Source: a virus
Taxonomy: Duplodnaviria > Caudoviricetes
Direction: 5' to 3' (one strand)
DNA: 25,424 nt
Virus record (IMG/VR): IMGVR_UViG_3300030116_000339
Location: 1-25,424 of that record
This document shows positions 25,223 through 25,424 of the stretch, piece by piece. The position numbers and the translations under genes are program-made. The notes beneath the pieces were generated by a model, which saw nothing but the letters and a program-made list of their open reading frames with translations, was not told the DNA's origin and did not search any database. How positions within the stretch are numbered: position 1 is the first letter of the stretch; each line of letters opens with the position of its first letter.

Positions 25223-25419
25223 CATGGCTGCTCGTAGTATTTCTATCTGGAACAGTACAGGAGAGCGTTTATTTCAGTGATTTGGATGCGTGTCTTAGAG
25301 TTGCACAGAAAATTAGGTTACAAAACTATGATCCATCACTCGCTGGTGACAGCAAGATTTGGGTCAAGGCTTACTGCGTACCTAAGACAGTACCTAAAAA
25401 AAAGACAAGTAAGGATTAA
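25219..25419 (+). CDS. Small exported protein with two Cys
   Basis: TTG start overlapping the upstream stop, N-terminal hydrophobic WLLVVFL, F...DAC...YCVP. Confidence 0.6.
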   Translation: MTWLLVVFLSGTVQESVYFSDLDACLRVAQKIRLQNYDPSLAGDSKIWVKAYCVPKTVPKKKTSKD

Positions 25420-25424
25420 TTATG

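Overview
The window is the morphogenesis arm of an AT-rich, short-tailed dsDNA phage (T7-like/BPP-1-like podovirus gene order), with every supported gene on the + strand. It probably infects a marine alphaproteobacterium; this is inferred from an apparent total absence of GANTC. Gene order: truncated ORF, small ORF, terminase small and large subunits, GNAT, a cluster of tiny charged ORFs, portal, Bbp19-like protein, scaffold, a structured leader, major capsid, decoration protein, tail adaptor and nozzle, four internal-virion (ejection) proteins, tail fibre and adaptor, three receptor-binding/chaperone pairs, and membrane/lysis-type ORFs. Most notable: (1) an ejection-locus protein whose C-terminal, compositionally foreign module carries an intact HhH DNA glycosylase/AP-lyase (Ogg2/EndoIII-like) motif, with a small gene that has its own SD overprinted in +1 frame on its 3' end, a candidate injected effector/inhibitor cassette; (2) a capsid gene that appears to start at AUA behind a switch-like RNA leader; (3) a second overprinted Lys/Ser-rich ORF in the scaffold gene; (4) a 15-bp motif recurring in three intergenic regions. 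I found no tRNA, rRNA, CRISPR array or integrase. All family assignments come from motif recognition by eye, not database searches.
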